Source: Octopus sinensis (lineage: Eukaryota). From it: a stretch of 64,000 nucleotides of DNA. The translations under genes were made by a program, and so were the position numbers. This document shows positions 25,221 through 39,589 of this stretch, in pieces; position 1 is the stretch's first letter, and every line of letters starts with the position of its first letter. The notes beneath the pieces were generated by a model. That model saw only the letters and a list, made by a program, of their open reading frames with translations, had not been told where the DNA came from and ran no database searches. The stretch lies in the NCBI RefSeq assembly GCF_006345805.1, contig NC_042997.1, forward strand, positions 121,954,001 through 122,018,000, written 5' to 3'.

Positions 25221-25432
25221 ATATTGAAAAAAACCGTCAGAATTTTGGAAAGAACTTTTTTTTTTATTATTATATCTTCATTTTCATTTTAGCGCTTTAG
25301 TTCGTCTTTCGAACTTGTCAAAAACAATTCGAAATACAAGTTTGAAAGACGAACGAAAGTGTTAATATGAAAATGAAGATATAATAATGAAAAAAGTTCT
25401 TTCCAAAATTCTGAAGACTTTTTTTTCAATAT
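25221..25432. repeat. Fold-back palindrome, about 95-bp arms, 17-nt loop
   Basis: 25221-25318 pairs with 25336-25432 with few mismatches. Confidence 0.92.
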
Positions 25433-25468
25433 TCAATTCTGTACATCACACCTAACACTCTATACACA

Positions 25469-25544
<76 letters not shown>

Positions 25545-25617
25545 ATATATATATATAATATATATATATATACAACTCTGCATGCAAACACATATATAAT
25601 ATGGCATTATAAGTTTT

Positions 25618-25875
25618 ATGTGCAATCGTAACAGGTCTTGTATAGCTATTTGTGACAAAAAAGAAAAGTCATGTAATGTCATAGAGATTAGCTTCCCAGC
25701 AACTGTGAACATGTCTTCCTCAATCAGTGAGACGAAGATTATTATTCAACAACTACTTGGATACATGCAACTTTCACACCATGATCATGAATATACATTT
25801 ACACCAATAATCATTAGTACACTCAGTAATGTTAATAAACGTTTAAGCTACAATATGAAAAAGCTAGGATTATGA
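25618..25875 (+). pseudogene. Restriction-like endonuclease (RLE) domain fragment of an R4/NeSL-type non-LTR retrotransposon
   Basis: NR.....DKKEKSCNVIEISFP......Y.F.PIII..L..V.K.L...LG resembles NRPDIV..DK....C..IEVS.P...Y...PIIIGALG. Confidence 0.6.
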
Positions 25876-26243
25876 AGGTCGAATAATACGAACTTTTCAG
25901 ATAATATGTGTATTCGTTACATAACGACATTTACGAAGGTCGTTAAGTAACAATTATTTGTGTTGTCATCAACATTTCAGTGATGCAACATTTATTTCTT
26001 TGTTATTAATCAGCTACATTTTCCTAAAAAGAATAATAATAACGAAAATGTACAGGTGTGCCATTATTCAGGAGCGGATTATAGCTTGGTAATATGTACT
26101 TCAGGTTCGCTGATAATGATGCTTATGTAATCACAGGCTGATATATTGAACGTTTCTGCCACCTCACGAATATCCAAATGTAAAACTTGGAGGTAAAGAA
26201 GAATGAACTGCCACCCGCTTGGTAGAGTACATACAAACAAATA

Positions 26244-26306
<63 letters not shown>

Positions 26307-26657
26307 AGTTATGTGGTTAAAATTTTCGCTTCCCAACCGTGGCAGATTTTAATGTTTTTAATACTGTATTACGACGCCGACCAAAGCCTTGTAGGTGGAT
26401 TTGGTTAACGCATTGTCTAGTGAATCCACTCCAAATAAAACCCGTATTATTTGTTGACCAATGTTATCAAGTGAAATTCACAATCAGACTTTTCGTTATA
26501 AATGTTACACTCATGCAAACCTCCACATCAATATATACACGTGTGTGTGTCTTTAATCGAATGGTGGTACTCAGTCGTGAATCTTTTGCACATCCAAGTT
26601 GAGTGTAAACATCATTATTTAAATTATGGTTGGTTGAATTTGTCTGTCCGTCTGGTT

Positions 26658-26762
<105 letters not shown>

Positions 26763-28412
26763 GTCAGATAGAAGTGTACACCGGTGCATCGCAATTGACT
26801 TTCAAATACTTGGTAAGTACAAAAATTGTCCTACTTATTTGCAAAAAAGCAAAGTATAAGAGAAAGCGATTTATAGAATTTAGCAGAGATACAAAACTTG
26901 GACATTCTGCCCAATATTCAAGATGGAACCTTCATTCCAACAGTAAAAACAGAAATGATGGTTGCTCTGTCGCTCTCTCACATTCACTATTCCCTTACTG
27001 CATTGAGCTGGTTATAGCAACGTTGATCACTGTTTGCCAATTTGCAAAATACTGAATTTGAAACTAGCAAAAGAATAAAAGCTTGTACTTCTAAGGTAGA
27101 ATCCCTAATGAAATTCTCAATTCATAATCGAATCTATAATTTCATAATTCTAGTTTCGCAGTTTCTAATATAAATATGTAAGCGCAGCTATATACACAGA
27201 AAATTAATACAAGTATGTGTTTAAATGAGTATATATAACAAAACATATTGGATTCGAAGTAATGCATCTCTTTATCTTTTGTAAATATTCACTCCACATA
27301 CATATGCATTTTCTGAGCTCTATCTGCTTTTGAAGCTGAAATTCATTTAATTTGAATTCTACTCAAGCACTGAATTCTAAATTTAGGATTTTAAATGCAT
27401 AATATAATCGATGTTAAATTATATGGTTTCTTCAATTTTCTGAATTTATTTCGACTTTTAATATCTAATATGCTATCACTTAACATATTGACAATGGTTT
27501 AATCCCACCTAGCTAATATCTAGCAAATATATATTGCCACAATGCTTCATATTATGCACAACCTTTATTACAAATCTAGAACTACAAAACGTAACTAAAT
27601 ATCTTCTTGTGACTTTTGGTTTAACATTATACACCAAAACAAAAAAAAAGAAGAAAAGTATGCCATGTTATATCGTTTGCTGTTAATTTAAAATGTGAGA
27701 ATTTGTGAAAATTTCAAATAGTTGAACTGTATAGAAACTCTGATAGAAATATCCATGTGTTTAATTGTACTGTTTCAAAAGCTTAAACTCTTTAAGTCTT
27801 AAATTCAGTGAATTAAGCTAACATTCCTATATCTATACACTCTAATTTCTCTATATCTAGTTAATGTACTTAATTCCTCCATATTTAATCTACTTAGAAA
27901 TGATACAAACATGAAAACAAGGCATGGATGATGCAGTTACTTTATGCAATTTAAATATCTATTTAAAATCTTGCTTTACTGAACAAATTTCTGGTGTAAT
28001 GGTATTGAGAGACTAAATTAACTATATCTGCATCTTAATGGGTTTGAAATGGGGTTGGGATTAATCTATCTTTCAAAACTATCACTGAAGATATATTCAA
28101 CAAAGATAAGGCATAAATTTGCAATCGTATTCTAGAATACTGTTACCACGTGATTCCTTGTTAACATTTATGTAAATAATTATACTGCAATAACTAACAT
28201 CGACCTGTTAATTTGAGATATACCAGCATGTGTTACAAAATATATTTTCTCACTTACGGAAACACACACTAACATAAATACATATATGTACATACACACA
28301 TACGTATATACATACATACATACACATATATGTATACATATACGTGTGTGTACATATATATGAATATATACATATGAATATATACATATGAATATATATA
28401 TATATATACATA

Positions 28413-28480
<68 letters not shown>

Positions 28481-29309
28481 GCATATCAGTATACCTAGAG
28501 GCATACATATACGTACATATACATATGCATGCATTTATCAGCATTAAGGCCAAGTGTGAGTTAACATTTATCATAGATTAAGTTGAAGTCAAAACCAACC
28601 ATGGATTAGTAACAACTTCCATTTGTACGCTGATTCACTGAATGTTGATAACAGAATTTCTTTTTTTCTCAGACGCATAATTGATTAGTTGTGGATTTTA
28701 CTTTCAAAATTTCTACAAACTATGAAATCAAGAATACGGCGTTTGACATGCTGCAGCAAATTATCTATGTTTTATATGGACATTAAGCACATTAACTTCA
28801 TGTCTCCGTAATCAATTATAAACTGTCTTCCGCGTTAAGCGGTGTCGGATCTGGCTGCATTGTACATTAATTCTATTGCATAAACAAATGCTGGTTACAT
28901 TCTTACCAAGAAAAACTTCGCCCGATTGAATGGAAATATGCAGTGAAAAATATGTAAATGTCAGCGGGTGCGTATATCTCTGTGGAAAAACTATTTGCTC
29001 GTTTCTATATTTCATTTCGTTTACCTCGTATGGCATTGGATTATACGTATATTTGAAAAGCTAAAAATTACTTAAAACCTGTAGAAATATATAAAATTGC
29101 CTCTGACCTGCACCTGCGAATGCTGTTGATAGAATAACATACAATAACACAGAATATTTAAGTTTAAAGCGATTTATATCATTAATTTTATTGAAAGATT
29201 AATACAGACATTGGGAGAAAATGCCTTTCACATCTATTATTGAGAATACTATTAGAAGCATCACACTATAATTCTGTCCTAACAAAGAAAATGTAATGTC
29301 AAGAATTAA

Positions 29310-29560
29310 ACTGGTATTCCGTCGGTTACAACGACAAAGTTTCCAGTTTATCTAAGGCATGAAACAGCCTGCTCGTGAAATTAACGTGAAAGTGAGCACG
29401 CCATTGATATGCTTACTTTTAATGTAGTTCTCGGGAAGTTTTAGCGGAATGTGGCAAGGCTGGCCCGTTGAAATGCAGTTAGAATTCATTTTTGTCTTTC
29501 CCAGTTCATTTTTTCATTCCGCTTGGAATTGAACTCAAAAACCTTCTGACATTACGATAG
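29310..29560 (-). mobile_element. SINE family C, decayed 3' part
   Basis: ctggtattccgtcggttac...cagcctgctcgtgaaattaacgtg shared with 38590. Confidence 0.7.
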
Positions 29561-29949
29561 TGAACCAAATACCCTAACCCCTATAATGTCATATAAATGA
29601 TATAGAAATACTGTATCGTTGGTAAAGCGAAAGTTAATGACATTATTTAATGATGCAAAACTACAACTCTACAAAATTATATTTGAGCACACTATGAAGT
29701 TATTTTTGTTGACAGGCAACACTTTGTATTACTTCGTGAATGTGGTCCTCTTGAAGGCTGAGAGCAATGAAATTCTCAGGTGGTTCCAGATTGTTGTTAC
29801 TAATACCGTTACATTTATCTAAAGTGAGTCTAATAGACGTCTACACCGAGAATTAGTGCAAGGCAAGACATCAAGAAAAGTGCTGTTTTGACTCAATACA
29901 ATTAACATGAAAATTTGTTATCGGTATATCTATAACACTTGAGTGATAG

Positions 29950-30330
29950 TAGTTTGAAACTAGCCAGTTCCGAGAAGCAACGTTTACAGCACTAGAATTT
30001 AAAAATAAAAAACCATCACAAATGTCAGTGGAGCTTAAACTAGAGGGTTTTGTGGTTGCCTTCTTTTGAAGTCAGTCAAGTGGACTTTCTTTGATTTCGT
30101 TATAAGATGCTTGTGTGATGTAGAAGCAACACTCCAGATATGGAAGCAATAAGCGATTGCATGTTTTATATGATCTTTGAAGAGGACTAGTGGTTTCTCG
30201 AGAAGGTTGGAGTAGCTTGAATGATTGAAAAAATATGTTTCTTTGTGATTTTAATATGTGAAAGTTTGGAACAACCCAAAATAGTAACAAAAATAGATAG
30301 CTATTAAAACTTGCGTAGTTTCCAACGGGG
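29950..30330 (-). mobile_element. CR1-group LINE RT remnant
   Basis: SRET..L..SYKTCNR..LPYLE resembles SR...LL.LYK..VRP.LEY. Confidence 0.4.
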
Positions 30331-30644
30331 ACAGAAATGATTGGAAATAACTGAACATACTACAGCATGCTTTATACATTCCAAGATCTCTCGCATTAAT
30401 GCTAATATTGGATGTTTATAATAATTAGAACAACTGTATATACTCTTGCATAATTACAAATAGCAAGCTGGCTGATTTATGCTGCAATGTTACTAAGAAT
30501 CGCAATTAAAATATTTAGACTCACAAAAGATACAAAATATTACAATAAAAAAATACACAGTACATTTTTTGCCATTGGCGTTATTGAATGTTCAAAAACA
30601 TTAGGCAACAGTAACTATGCAAATAATTATGTGTAAATATTTAC

Positions 30645-30893
30645 CTTCGTTTGAGTCGTACAAATAATGTACTCTTCTCCAACCGTAGAATTTCACCATG
30701 TCTATCACTGCATTTGTATGATCAGGACGCAAGTAAATTTCGAAGTTTGGTTGCTCTGGGTCAACAGTAAAGGAAAGACCTGGAGAGACGAAGGGCATAC
30801 GGAATCGTCTACTGTAGGATTCGACTACTTCAACTGATGAACTGTCTATTACACCAAATAGGACAAAAGAACCATTTTCCATGTGACCACAGA
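30645..30893 (-). CDS. Internal coding exon of an ionotropic glutamate receptor (AMPA/GluA-like), amino-terminal (LIVBP-like) domain
   Basis: Acceptor ttctatttctttgcag|TC and donor GAAG|gtaaat bound 249 nt (phase 1 to phase 1, no stops). The exon encodes (x)CGHMENGSFVLFGVIDSSSVEVVESYSRRFRMPFVSPGLSFTVDPEQPNFEIYLRPDHTNAVIDMVKFYGWRRVHYLYDSNE(G). This matches the GluA ATD pattern C...G..AIFG......SY...F.MPF......I.LRP....A..D.I..Y.W....YLYDSD.G. Confidence 0.9.
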
Positions 30894-30939
30894 CTGCAAA
30901 GAAATAGAAATCGGGAGATATAATATACATAGTGTGTGA

Positions 30940-30984
<45 letters not shown>

Positions 30985-31929
30985 ATAAAAAAAAACAAAT
31001 GTAAATAATTTCAATGTAAAATTAGATAGATAGACTCACACACACTCAAGTACATATATATGATATGTACACACACACACACACACACGTGTGTGTGTAT
31101 GTATATATATGTATATATGTATTTGGAATAGAACATCCTGTTTGTATATGTGTGTGTGTTTGTATGTGAGTGCACGTTGTTATGCACATTACAAAACACA
31201 AATACAGTTGTGCGTGTATATTATGTTAATATTCTATACTTGTAGAAAATCGACCGATAAACTTAGGCGTAACAACATTCCTGTAAAGTATACATAATTC
31301 TCTCTCATCGGAGAGAAACAGCACCAGATGCATAATTCATAAATTAAATATAGATAAAATAAAGTAATAGATAAATAACAGAAAACGAAAGAATTCAATT
31401 ACTTACAGCGGAATCAGTTTCCACTACTTATTCTTAAATGTTCCAAACTCATACCTTAGATTATTATTCACTCCCACTCGGTAATGTACCATATTCATTG
31501 CGCACAGTTAGTGAGCCATTAAGATCACTAACAGAAATAAAGTATCTCAACATACAGAAGGATTTAGGAATGAGAATAGAGGTTCGTTTTATGACTCATT
31601 AATTAGGAACATCTACGAGGTGTTCGTGTTTATCGAATATAATAAAATGGTTAAATTGGAGAAAGCAGGATAATTTTAGAGTTCCCTGAGTACCGACACA
31701 ATGCAGCTACACCGAAAATATCTGTTGTATAACAGCAGGTCTATTTTGGAAAGCTAATGATCCCAAGTCCATTAATATTTCAAGACATTCACCGGCTCGT
31801 CTACCGAATACAATGTTGCTATTTGCTCTGTGCTGCCACATATAGTAATAGACAACACGGGTTCATGAGCAGGATATTTATACTTATTGAAACTGTTGGT
31901 TAATATAGTTTATTTTACTCATTTGCGGG

Positions 31930-33200
31930 ATGAGACTTGGCTAGCGTGGAGAACAAGGCAGAGGCCATAGCTTGCACAGGCCCTCCATGACCGGTGAGTT
32001 AGAAGCCATTCATTTCCCCCAGGCGTCTTCTAAATAAATAGCTGTTGGAAATACATGAACAGGGAGGAAATTCCAAGAGGTGGATATTCTGAGAAGGAAG
32101 AATTATTAGATTGATTAATGCGGACCCTGAAATGTTAGATATAGCGAGGAAGATGTTAGGAGAGGTGAGTGAGATGAAGGTGTTTGGTTAGAGATAACAT
32201 GTGCCTATCCAGATCCGAGGAGCAGGTGCCAATATACGCGTAGTATACATAGAAACATCAGTGAGAGGAGAGACAGCATCTGTGGACAAGAGGCTGGAGT
32301 GTATCTGTGAGGGGTTCTGAACAACTCAGAAGAGCGGCAATTTTCAGGATGTGGTCATTATCGGTTTTTGATTTGGCACGAAACAAGGCGTGAAAATGAT
32401 AGTTTGCTTTGATAATTTGGTCCTTTGTTATTGTTTCTGTTGTTTAACTCTGTTGCTGGTATTAACGAATATAATTCTGTGTAAAAAGTTAATCTCTCTC
32501 TTTCTATCCGTCACACACTCACAAACACACATACAGGGACACAAACACAATCTCACATACATATGCATACAAACAAACATGCACACACATACACACACAC
32601 ACGGGCATATAGAAACACATATACATATGCACACACATGAACATACATGCCGACACACTCGTACATGCACACTATCATACACAATCTCATGCACACACTA
32701 ACCTACACATATGTACACAGACAAAGACACACAGAGAGAAACACAAGCAGAATGGCATGCACTCCCATGCATACATATGCAGACATACGTACTAATTTTA
32801 GCCCTCAGCTCAGCCATGTAGAATATAATTGTCGGAACAGAAATATCATTTAGCCCTGAAGAGGTTGACCGGTAATGGGATGAGGTCCTAGCTATGTTAA
32901 GTATTTGCTTTCGCCAGATTTCTTCAGTGATAGTAAAACACAATAACTGAGCTGATTGTGAGGGCTCTAATTGAGTGATTTTCACTATTAGTTGCGGTGT
33001 GGTGAGAGAGGTTTTCTTCATATCTGTAGTTTGTGCTGTGTTGTTTGCGAAAGAGACAATATTTGTATATTAATACTTTAAAATGCTTTCGCAGTCTTTT
33101 TGAGTCAGTATATTTTAAGCGTGGACCTTAGGTTGGAAATTGCTAAAACATAGTTTTGGAATGATAGGGAGGTTTGAATTGTAATATCATCTGCATAAGA
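31930..33200 (-). mobile_element. CR1/L2-group LINE remnant interrupted by a CA-rich tract
   Basis: IVSFANN (YADD-like) near 33050; LEPSQSAQLL..TITE..W...I.NIA RT tail; downstream AVS.L...FY..Y...CSSDL-like segment near 32230-32290. Confidence 0.55.
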
Positions 33201-36200
33201 GTTTCAGTTTCGTATCTTAAGTGTCAACATAAAGTATACTAGCCATCTCAATATGGCTAACCACTAGGGGTGGGTGTTATACTGTAGCTTTTTAGCCCCA
33301 GGAGATCATCGTCTCCAGCTGGCTTTAGACACAATCCTGTACCCTTTATGATATTCGCAAAGGGAGGTCATCCCCTCTCGAAAACCTAAGTGATACGCAT
33401 GGACTGCAGTTTCGAGATTATTGTGCTTTATGATATGTCTTCTTCTGAAGTAAATATTTTAGAGATAATATATTCCTATTTAATTTATATCATTTATCAA
33501 AATGTTTCCGATCGTGAGTCGATATTTTAGCATGAGAGCATGTATATTCTTTCTTGATTCCATTTTTGACAATCTCGCTATGAAGATGTGAATTTAAATC
33601 AGTAAATAATAATATACTGAAAAATGTTTTCAGCTAAAATAAGTTATTGTTGCTCAGCTCTTATTCAGCTGTGATAGAGCATTTGATCAAACAGCGATCC
33701 AGCCGTGACCATCGTGCTCTGCTAGTTATGTCTGAGAATATGACCTTTCTTTCTCAAGACGCTACAGTTTGATGGGTAGGAAATTTTGTTCTACATCATA
33801 TAATGATAGAGCAGTCGCACAAAATCCCCCAGCTAAACAATCTCACTTTCTCTCTCTCTCATACACACACACACACGTATACATACACACACACGCACGT
33901 ACACACACACCATACACATACATGTCCCCCACCCCTGACTGATTCTGATCGCTGCAATTTACTGATTGCCTCTAGTTCATTCGCGGGAAAAACGAGTTGA
34001 TCGCTAAAGCTGCGATTTCTTCACTAAACTAAACATGACATTTTGCAAATTTCTTCTGAATAGTAACTTTGATTTAATTAGATCTTTGACAAAACTGACA
34101 TTTTAATGTAATGCATCGATAATGAAACACATTTCCTCTTCAATTCATATTTAAAATTTCTTAAAATGAAACAATTTTCGATCGGCTCTATACGAAATGA
34201 TGTATATGTCTGAATACGCAGCCGATAAACAACAATGAGCTATTTAGATGTCTAAGTATGCGAATTCAATTCTTTTACTCAATTCGAATTAACTGACTAG
34301 AATTGGATAATTGTGTATATTTCTTAAATTTTCTTATTTTGATAAGTAAAGACAAAAATGTTAATAAAAGATAAAGACAACACCAACCAATAGTCTTTGA
34401 CATAACATAAGATGAATAGGAATGATATAAATTCGTATTGACATTATCTGATGTGATAGTTAAAGCTAAGAAAAAAACTAGTCATTTTGTTATTAAGTAG
34501 AGTGTTCTCACTAAAAATTAAGCGTCATATTTAATCATGTATAGTTTCATCTGTATTTCAGAGATAATCTACTTTTAAATAGATCATACCGTAATTTATC
34601 TTATTCTGGCTATATTGTAAATATTATTATTTTTATTATTTATGTTTTTATTTCTGTCCATCCATCGTTCTACTAAGTGTAGGTACCTATGACTTGAGTT
34701 TGTTTTGTTGTATTTAAAGTATTCTAATCAAAACATATGTAATGCTTATTATCACAGTCGTTTATAGGTTCATACCAAGGGTTTTCTAATATATTAGTCC
34801 GCATCGTTTTTAATATTACCTAAATACTCCTTTTTTTACTGTAGGTATTATAACTCCACGTCTCGCATAAATATATTCGAATAAATTGATCTCGTATACA
34901 TGGAAGAATCTTTCGTTACACAACTTTTATAATGCGTGGGGCTGCTTTTTGTGATGGTATGTATGGAAAAGCAACGTGAGAGTTGCACTTATATTTGACT
35001 TATAGTTAATGTTTATAAAAAACTGTACAGTTTTTAAATTTTGTACATTTACATAGAAGATAGAAGCTCTTGAAATTGCTGTGTATAAATTAAATATTTA
35101 GAGCACGAACTTATTGTATGCGATTAATATATATATATATATGTTTGCGCGTGTGTGTATGTGTGTTTGTGAGAGTGTTCATATATATACGTCTATACAC
35201 ATACATCTGTGTGCGTGTCTGCATGTGTTGAAACTATTGTCTTCAACTTCGAAAGTACGAAAAGTAAAGCTGAGTATTTATGCAACACTGATTACTCTGC
35301 TAAGTAATATGGCTAGGCAAAAATAACTATATCAGTTGAGATATTCAAATACTTGAGTAGTGTTTTACGTTCGAAATTCCTTTCAGTTGTTCCCAGCTAA
35401 AATATGAGATTATTTTGATGTAAATCATCTTCGAATGTACACTGTCTCAGTTCAGGAGAATGTAGTTGGTATTACAATATAGACGAGACATACCAAAAAT
35501 CCGCTCGCAGGCCGCATGCAGGACTTTTCAAATGCAAGTAAGGCCCGTGAGAGGCATAGCTTATGAGTTAGAAATGGTGAAAGCTAAAGACATTTTAGTA
35601 ATAAAATGATTAATATTAAACTAACAAGAATAGAATTAGTGATGTGCCACTTAAAAGGTCTTTATATAACGGAAAATTTCGTTGCAAATGTGTGTTTAAA
35701 ATATGTTGGCCCCCATATTAACAGGTATGTGAGCAATGCAACCCACAGATACTCTGCAGTTTGACATGCTTGATGTAGAAGACCCAGTGTTGTACTATCA
35801 GAAGCACTTGTAAACTTGAATAACCGCCGTGTTACGCTACACCACACTTTAAGATTTCCTGAGATTTACAATACCATAGAAATATGTTCGTGATATATCG
35901 GTACATTACCTGAATCTATACTATTTTTGTTTTGACGTGGAGACAACAATCATGGCCATATATTTGGTCATACAAATACCAGTCTGAACTACAAATATTC
36001 AAAATCAAAACATTCTAATATTTGTTTGTATCTCATAATACCCCGTTTAACAAATATTGTAATACGACTATAAAACAAAATCGAATATAATTTTAACGGT
36101 GACCTTAAAATTCATTTAGCATTATATTACTCTAGAAACGGCAAAATATATTTTTTCATGTAGCATATCTTGATTGAATCATTCTGTACTAGTTCAACCT

Positions 36201-37487
36201 TTCGATATTTCGTAAACTTAATTCATATAAACGGAATATTTCATTGTTATGATATATACTTCGTACAAATATATATAATATACATAGTAACATATAAATA
36301 TTGCGTAATCATTGTTGGAATAATCTATTGTATTTTGGGTGACAACACACGTTTTGTTTATTTTTCACTGTGGTGTATAGCATTGCGTACATCAGAGATG
36401 TACTTAATTCAACTGAATTATTTGGAACGATCAAACAAACTATCACTTGCTAAAATCGTCTTCGTATTGCTATGGGAAAAACACAGACAATAGTATTGTG
36501 GAAAGTATTTGTTGTATTTAAAGAAAACTATTAAATAATTGGAAATCGGCAAAATGAATACAGCAGATTTGTACCTCTTGTGGCAGGGGTTTTGTTTCAG
36601 TTGAAAACTAATGTTTTGTCAAATATTTGGAAAGCAATTTTATTATATCACAGAATACAACTATCAGTGTCGGTTCACTCGTGGCATTATAATCATACTA
36701 TTTTATTCTATATACCTTTATTTAATGGAAAATAAAATTTGTTGAGGGTCAGTGATTCGGTAACTAAATTTACTATAGATTCTAAAACACTACGTTTATA
36801 AAATTTTGATACACTTCGCCGTCAAATGAAATATTTATCTTCCTTGTGGACATCTAATGAGGCATTTCTTAAACTAACGAAACTATATTTCGGGCACTGT
36901 TTCTGAAAATTCTATCATTAAGCAAAGTTTCATACAAATTTGCATTTCTGTTCACGATGACGTATATTATGCATGGTTTTATACACTTTTCCTACAACAG
37001 AAAACATGATCCCAAAGCGGTATCCCTTCATCCTACAGCTACACTCCACCCATAAATATTTATAGATAGATACGGTTGAAGATACACACGTGCTTCAAAT
37101 TGCTAGCTTTTCTTTTGTTCCTTTTTCTTGCTTCTCTCTTTCTCTCTTTTGATAAGGGTTCACTTGAAATATCAGTCTACTTCTTTTCTTTATTTTTGGC
37201 GTGCAATTTACTTACACATCATTTATTATTTTAGCGTCACCTTTTTGTCTTCCTGCTGTAATCTCTCATGTTGTTCACGTCTATCTCTCTCATCCGCGAC
37301 TTTTTACCCTCGTTCCATTAGTGCTATTTCACGAACACACACGTACGCTCAATATATATGTCTAACATGCTTTCATCGCATGGAATTAATAGTAGCACAC
37401 ATAATATATATTGGGTTTATTAAATCATATTTATGTCACAATATAGCGTGTTTTTGTTATTGATCTTAGCATCTCTGAACAGTACAC

Positions 37488-37526
<39 letters not shown>

Positions 37527-38589
37527 TGCAAATAAATTGCAAAACCCAAATATTTTATAACAGGTATTAATCCTCACGTATTAACCTCCACGAGAAGAAG
37601 TAATATTCAAAAGTTAGAGAAAAAACAAAATGTTGGGAATATTTGAAGAGCAAATGTGTCGAATATATACATACATAAGGACATTACACATATATTTTAT
37701 CATTTGTGCATTTTCCTCATTAACACGTTTTAAGCCATTAAGTGCAATCTTCGTAATTTTCTGCCAATCTGAAGCGAAAAGAATTGATCTTTTGTTTAAC
37801 AATTTCGATTCAGCTGGCAGTGTAAATATTGATCAATTGAAAAATAAATATTGGAACCAATATAAAATATTTGATATTGCAGAGAGAGAAAATAATTGAT
37901 GACATCTTCTGTCACAGTAATCGAAGTAATTATTTGCCCGCAGAAGTTACAGTTACAAGTCATTTAAAGCTAAATATTACAGATTGAAAGTCTAAATTAA
38001 TTAAATATTGAAAGTCAATGCTGATGCATATGGCAAGCAAAGATGTTAAATCATTATCATTTATATTGTAACGTTGAAATGTTTCTATATTCCACATTCC
38101 CTGTTAAGAAACATCTCCGCGAGACAATCTTCCTTGAATAGCAAAATTAATTATTTCAGCAAATATATGAAAAATACGTTATTTACTAGAATTGTATTTA
38201 TTATGGATATTTAATAAATGTAAGGTGTAATTTTTATTCTGCAAAGCACAACACACATACGCAAACATGTTTATCTTTATGTGTTTCAGTCATTAGATGC
38301 GGCCATGCCGAGGCACCGCCTTCAAGAATTTTTAGTCGAATGAAGTGATCCCAGTAATTACTTTTTTAAAGACTGTTACCTACTGTATTCTTCTTTTTAC
38401 GATCGTCTAAGCTCCGAGAGTTTCGTGTCAACTCACAAAATTCTTGCTCCTTGAGCCACTCTGTTACTTGTGCTAAATATTAATGTTAATACAGAAGGCA
38501 TACTATAATATTCTAGAATTTCATATAGGGATATACAGTGCGAAAAATATTTTAGTAGCCAAACAGACAATTAAATAAACTTATTATGC

Positions 38590-38965
38590 TGCTCCGTTGG
38601 TTACCACGACAAGTGTTCCAGTTGATCTGATTAACAGAACAGCTTACTCGTAAAATTAACGTGCAAGTGGCTGAGCACTCCACAGACAAGTGTACTCTTA
38701 ACGTAGTTCTCAGGGAGATTCAACGTGACACAGAGTGTGACAAGGCTGACCCTTTGAAATACAGGTACAACAGAAACAGGAGGAAAGAGTGAGAAAAAGT
38801 TGTGCTGAATGAGTAGTGCAAGGTGGGTTCGTCACCATCCCCTGTAGCAGCCTCGTGGAGCTTTAGGCATTTTCACTCAATAAACATTCACAGCGGCCGG
38901 TCTGGGAATCGAAACCGCGATCCTACGACCGCGAGTCCGCTGCCCTAACCACTGGGCCATTGAGC
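38590..38965 (-). mobile_element. SINE family C, full length
   Basis: tRNA-like head (tggcccagtggttagggcagcggactcgcgg...gtttcgattccc) and a complete body. Confidence 0.9.
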
Positions 38966-39545
38966 ATTCACAAACCTATACATACATTGGAGGGGTTATA
39001 GTTGTAAACACACAAGAATGTGCTGCATCTAGACTTACATCAATAATTGCTTCTAATTCATTCAGAATGCTGAGAGCTATATATTAATGGTTTGATGCGG
39101 GCCTATTATAGGTACTACAACACAAATTCTAGACTAAAATCTATCTACATTTATCTAGAAATGGAAAAATTGTTTTGATAATTAGAGGACAATATATAAC
39201 ATCCGCAATACACTATGTTAAGTTAGAAAAAAGGTAATAATAGACAAGTCATTAGTGGCTACTTGTAAACATACATCTACAAACTGCCCACACATTGGCA
39301 GATATACAGTATAGCCTATACAGAAATTTTAGCTATACTGCTTTGCACACTTAAATATATTACTTCTCAAATACGCCTACACGTTTTCCTCAACACAAGG
39401 AAAATGGAAAGAAAGCGAGAGTAATTGCAGTTTCATAAATCGATAAAAACATATAACAGAATTAGTGAAAGGAAGGACATTCAGGAATTTCTAACGAATT
39501 TTCACCACCAAAGTTACAGAAAGAGAAATCATTTCTAGTACACAC

Positions 39546-39589
<44 letters not shown>

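Noticed and set aside
26050-26200. DIREVAETFNIS as a mariner helix-turn-helix fragment
   Set aside because: A single short motif with no supporting flanking motifs.
30802-30822. Small hairpin inside the receptor exon as a recoding-editing structure
   Set aside because: Only about 8 bp with a bulge, which is expected by chance. No intronic complementary sequence was seen nearby.
35205-35270. EVEDNSFNT followed by a gtatgt donor as the missing upstream receptor exon
   Set aside because: The acceptor phase is wrong, it is too short, and spacing from NSF to the cysteine does not fit.
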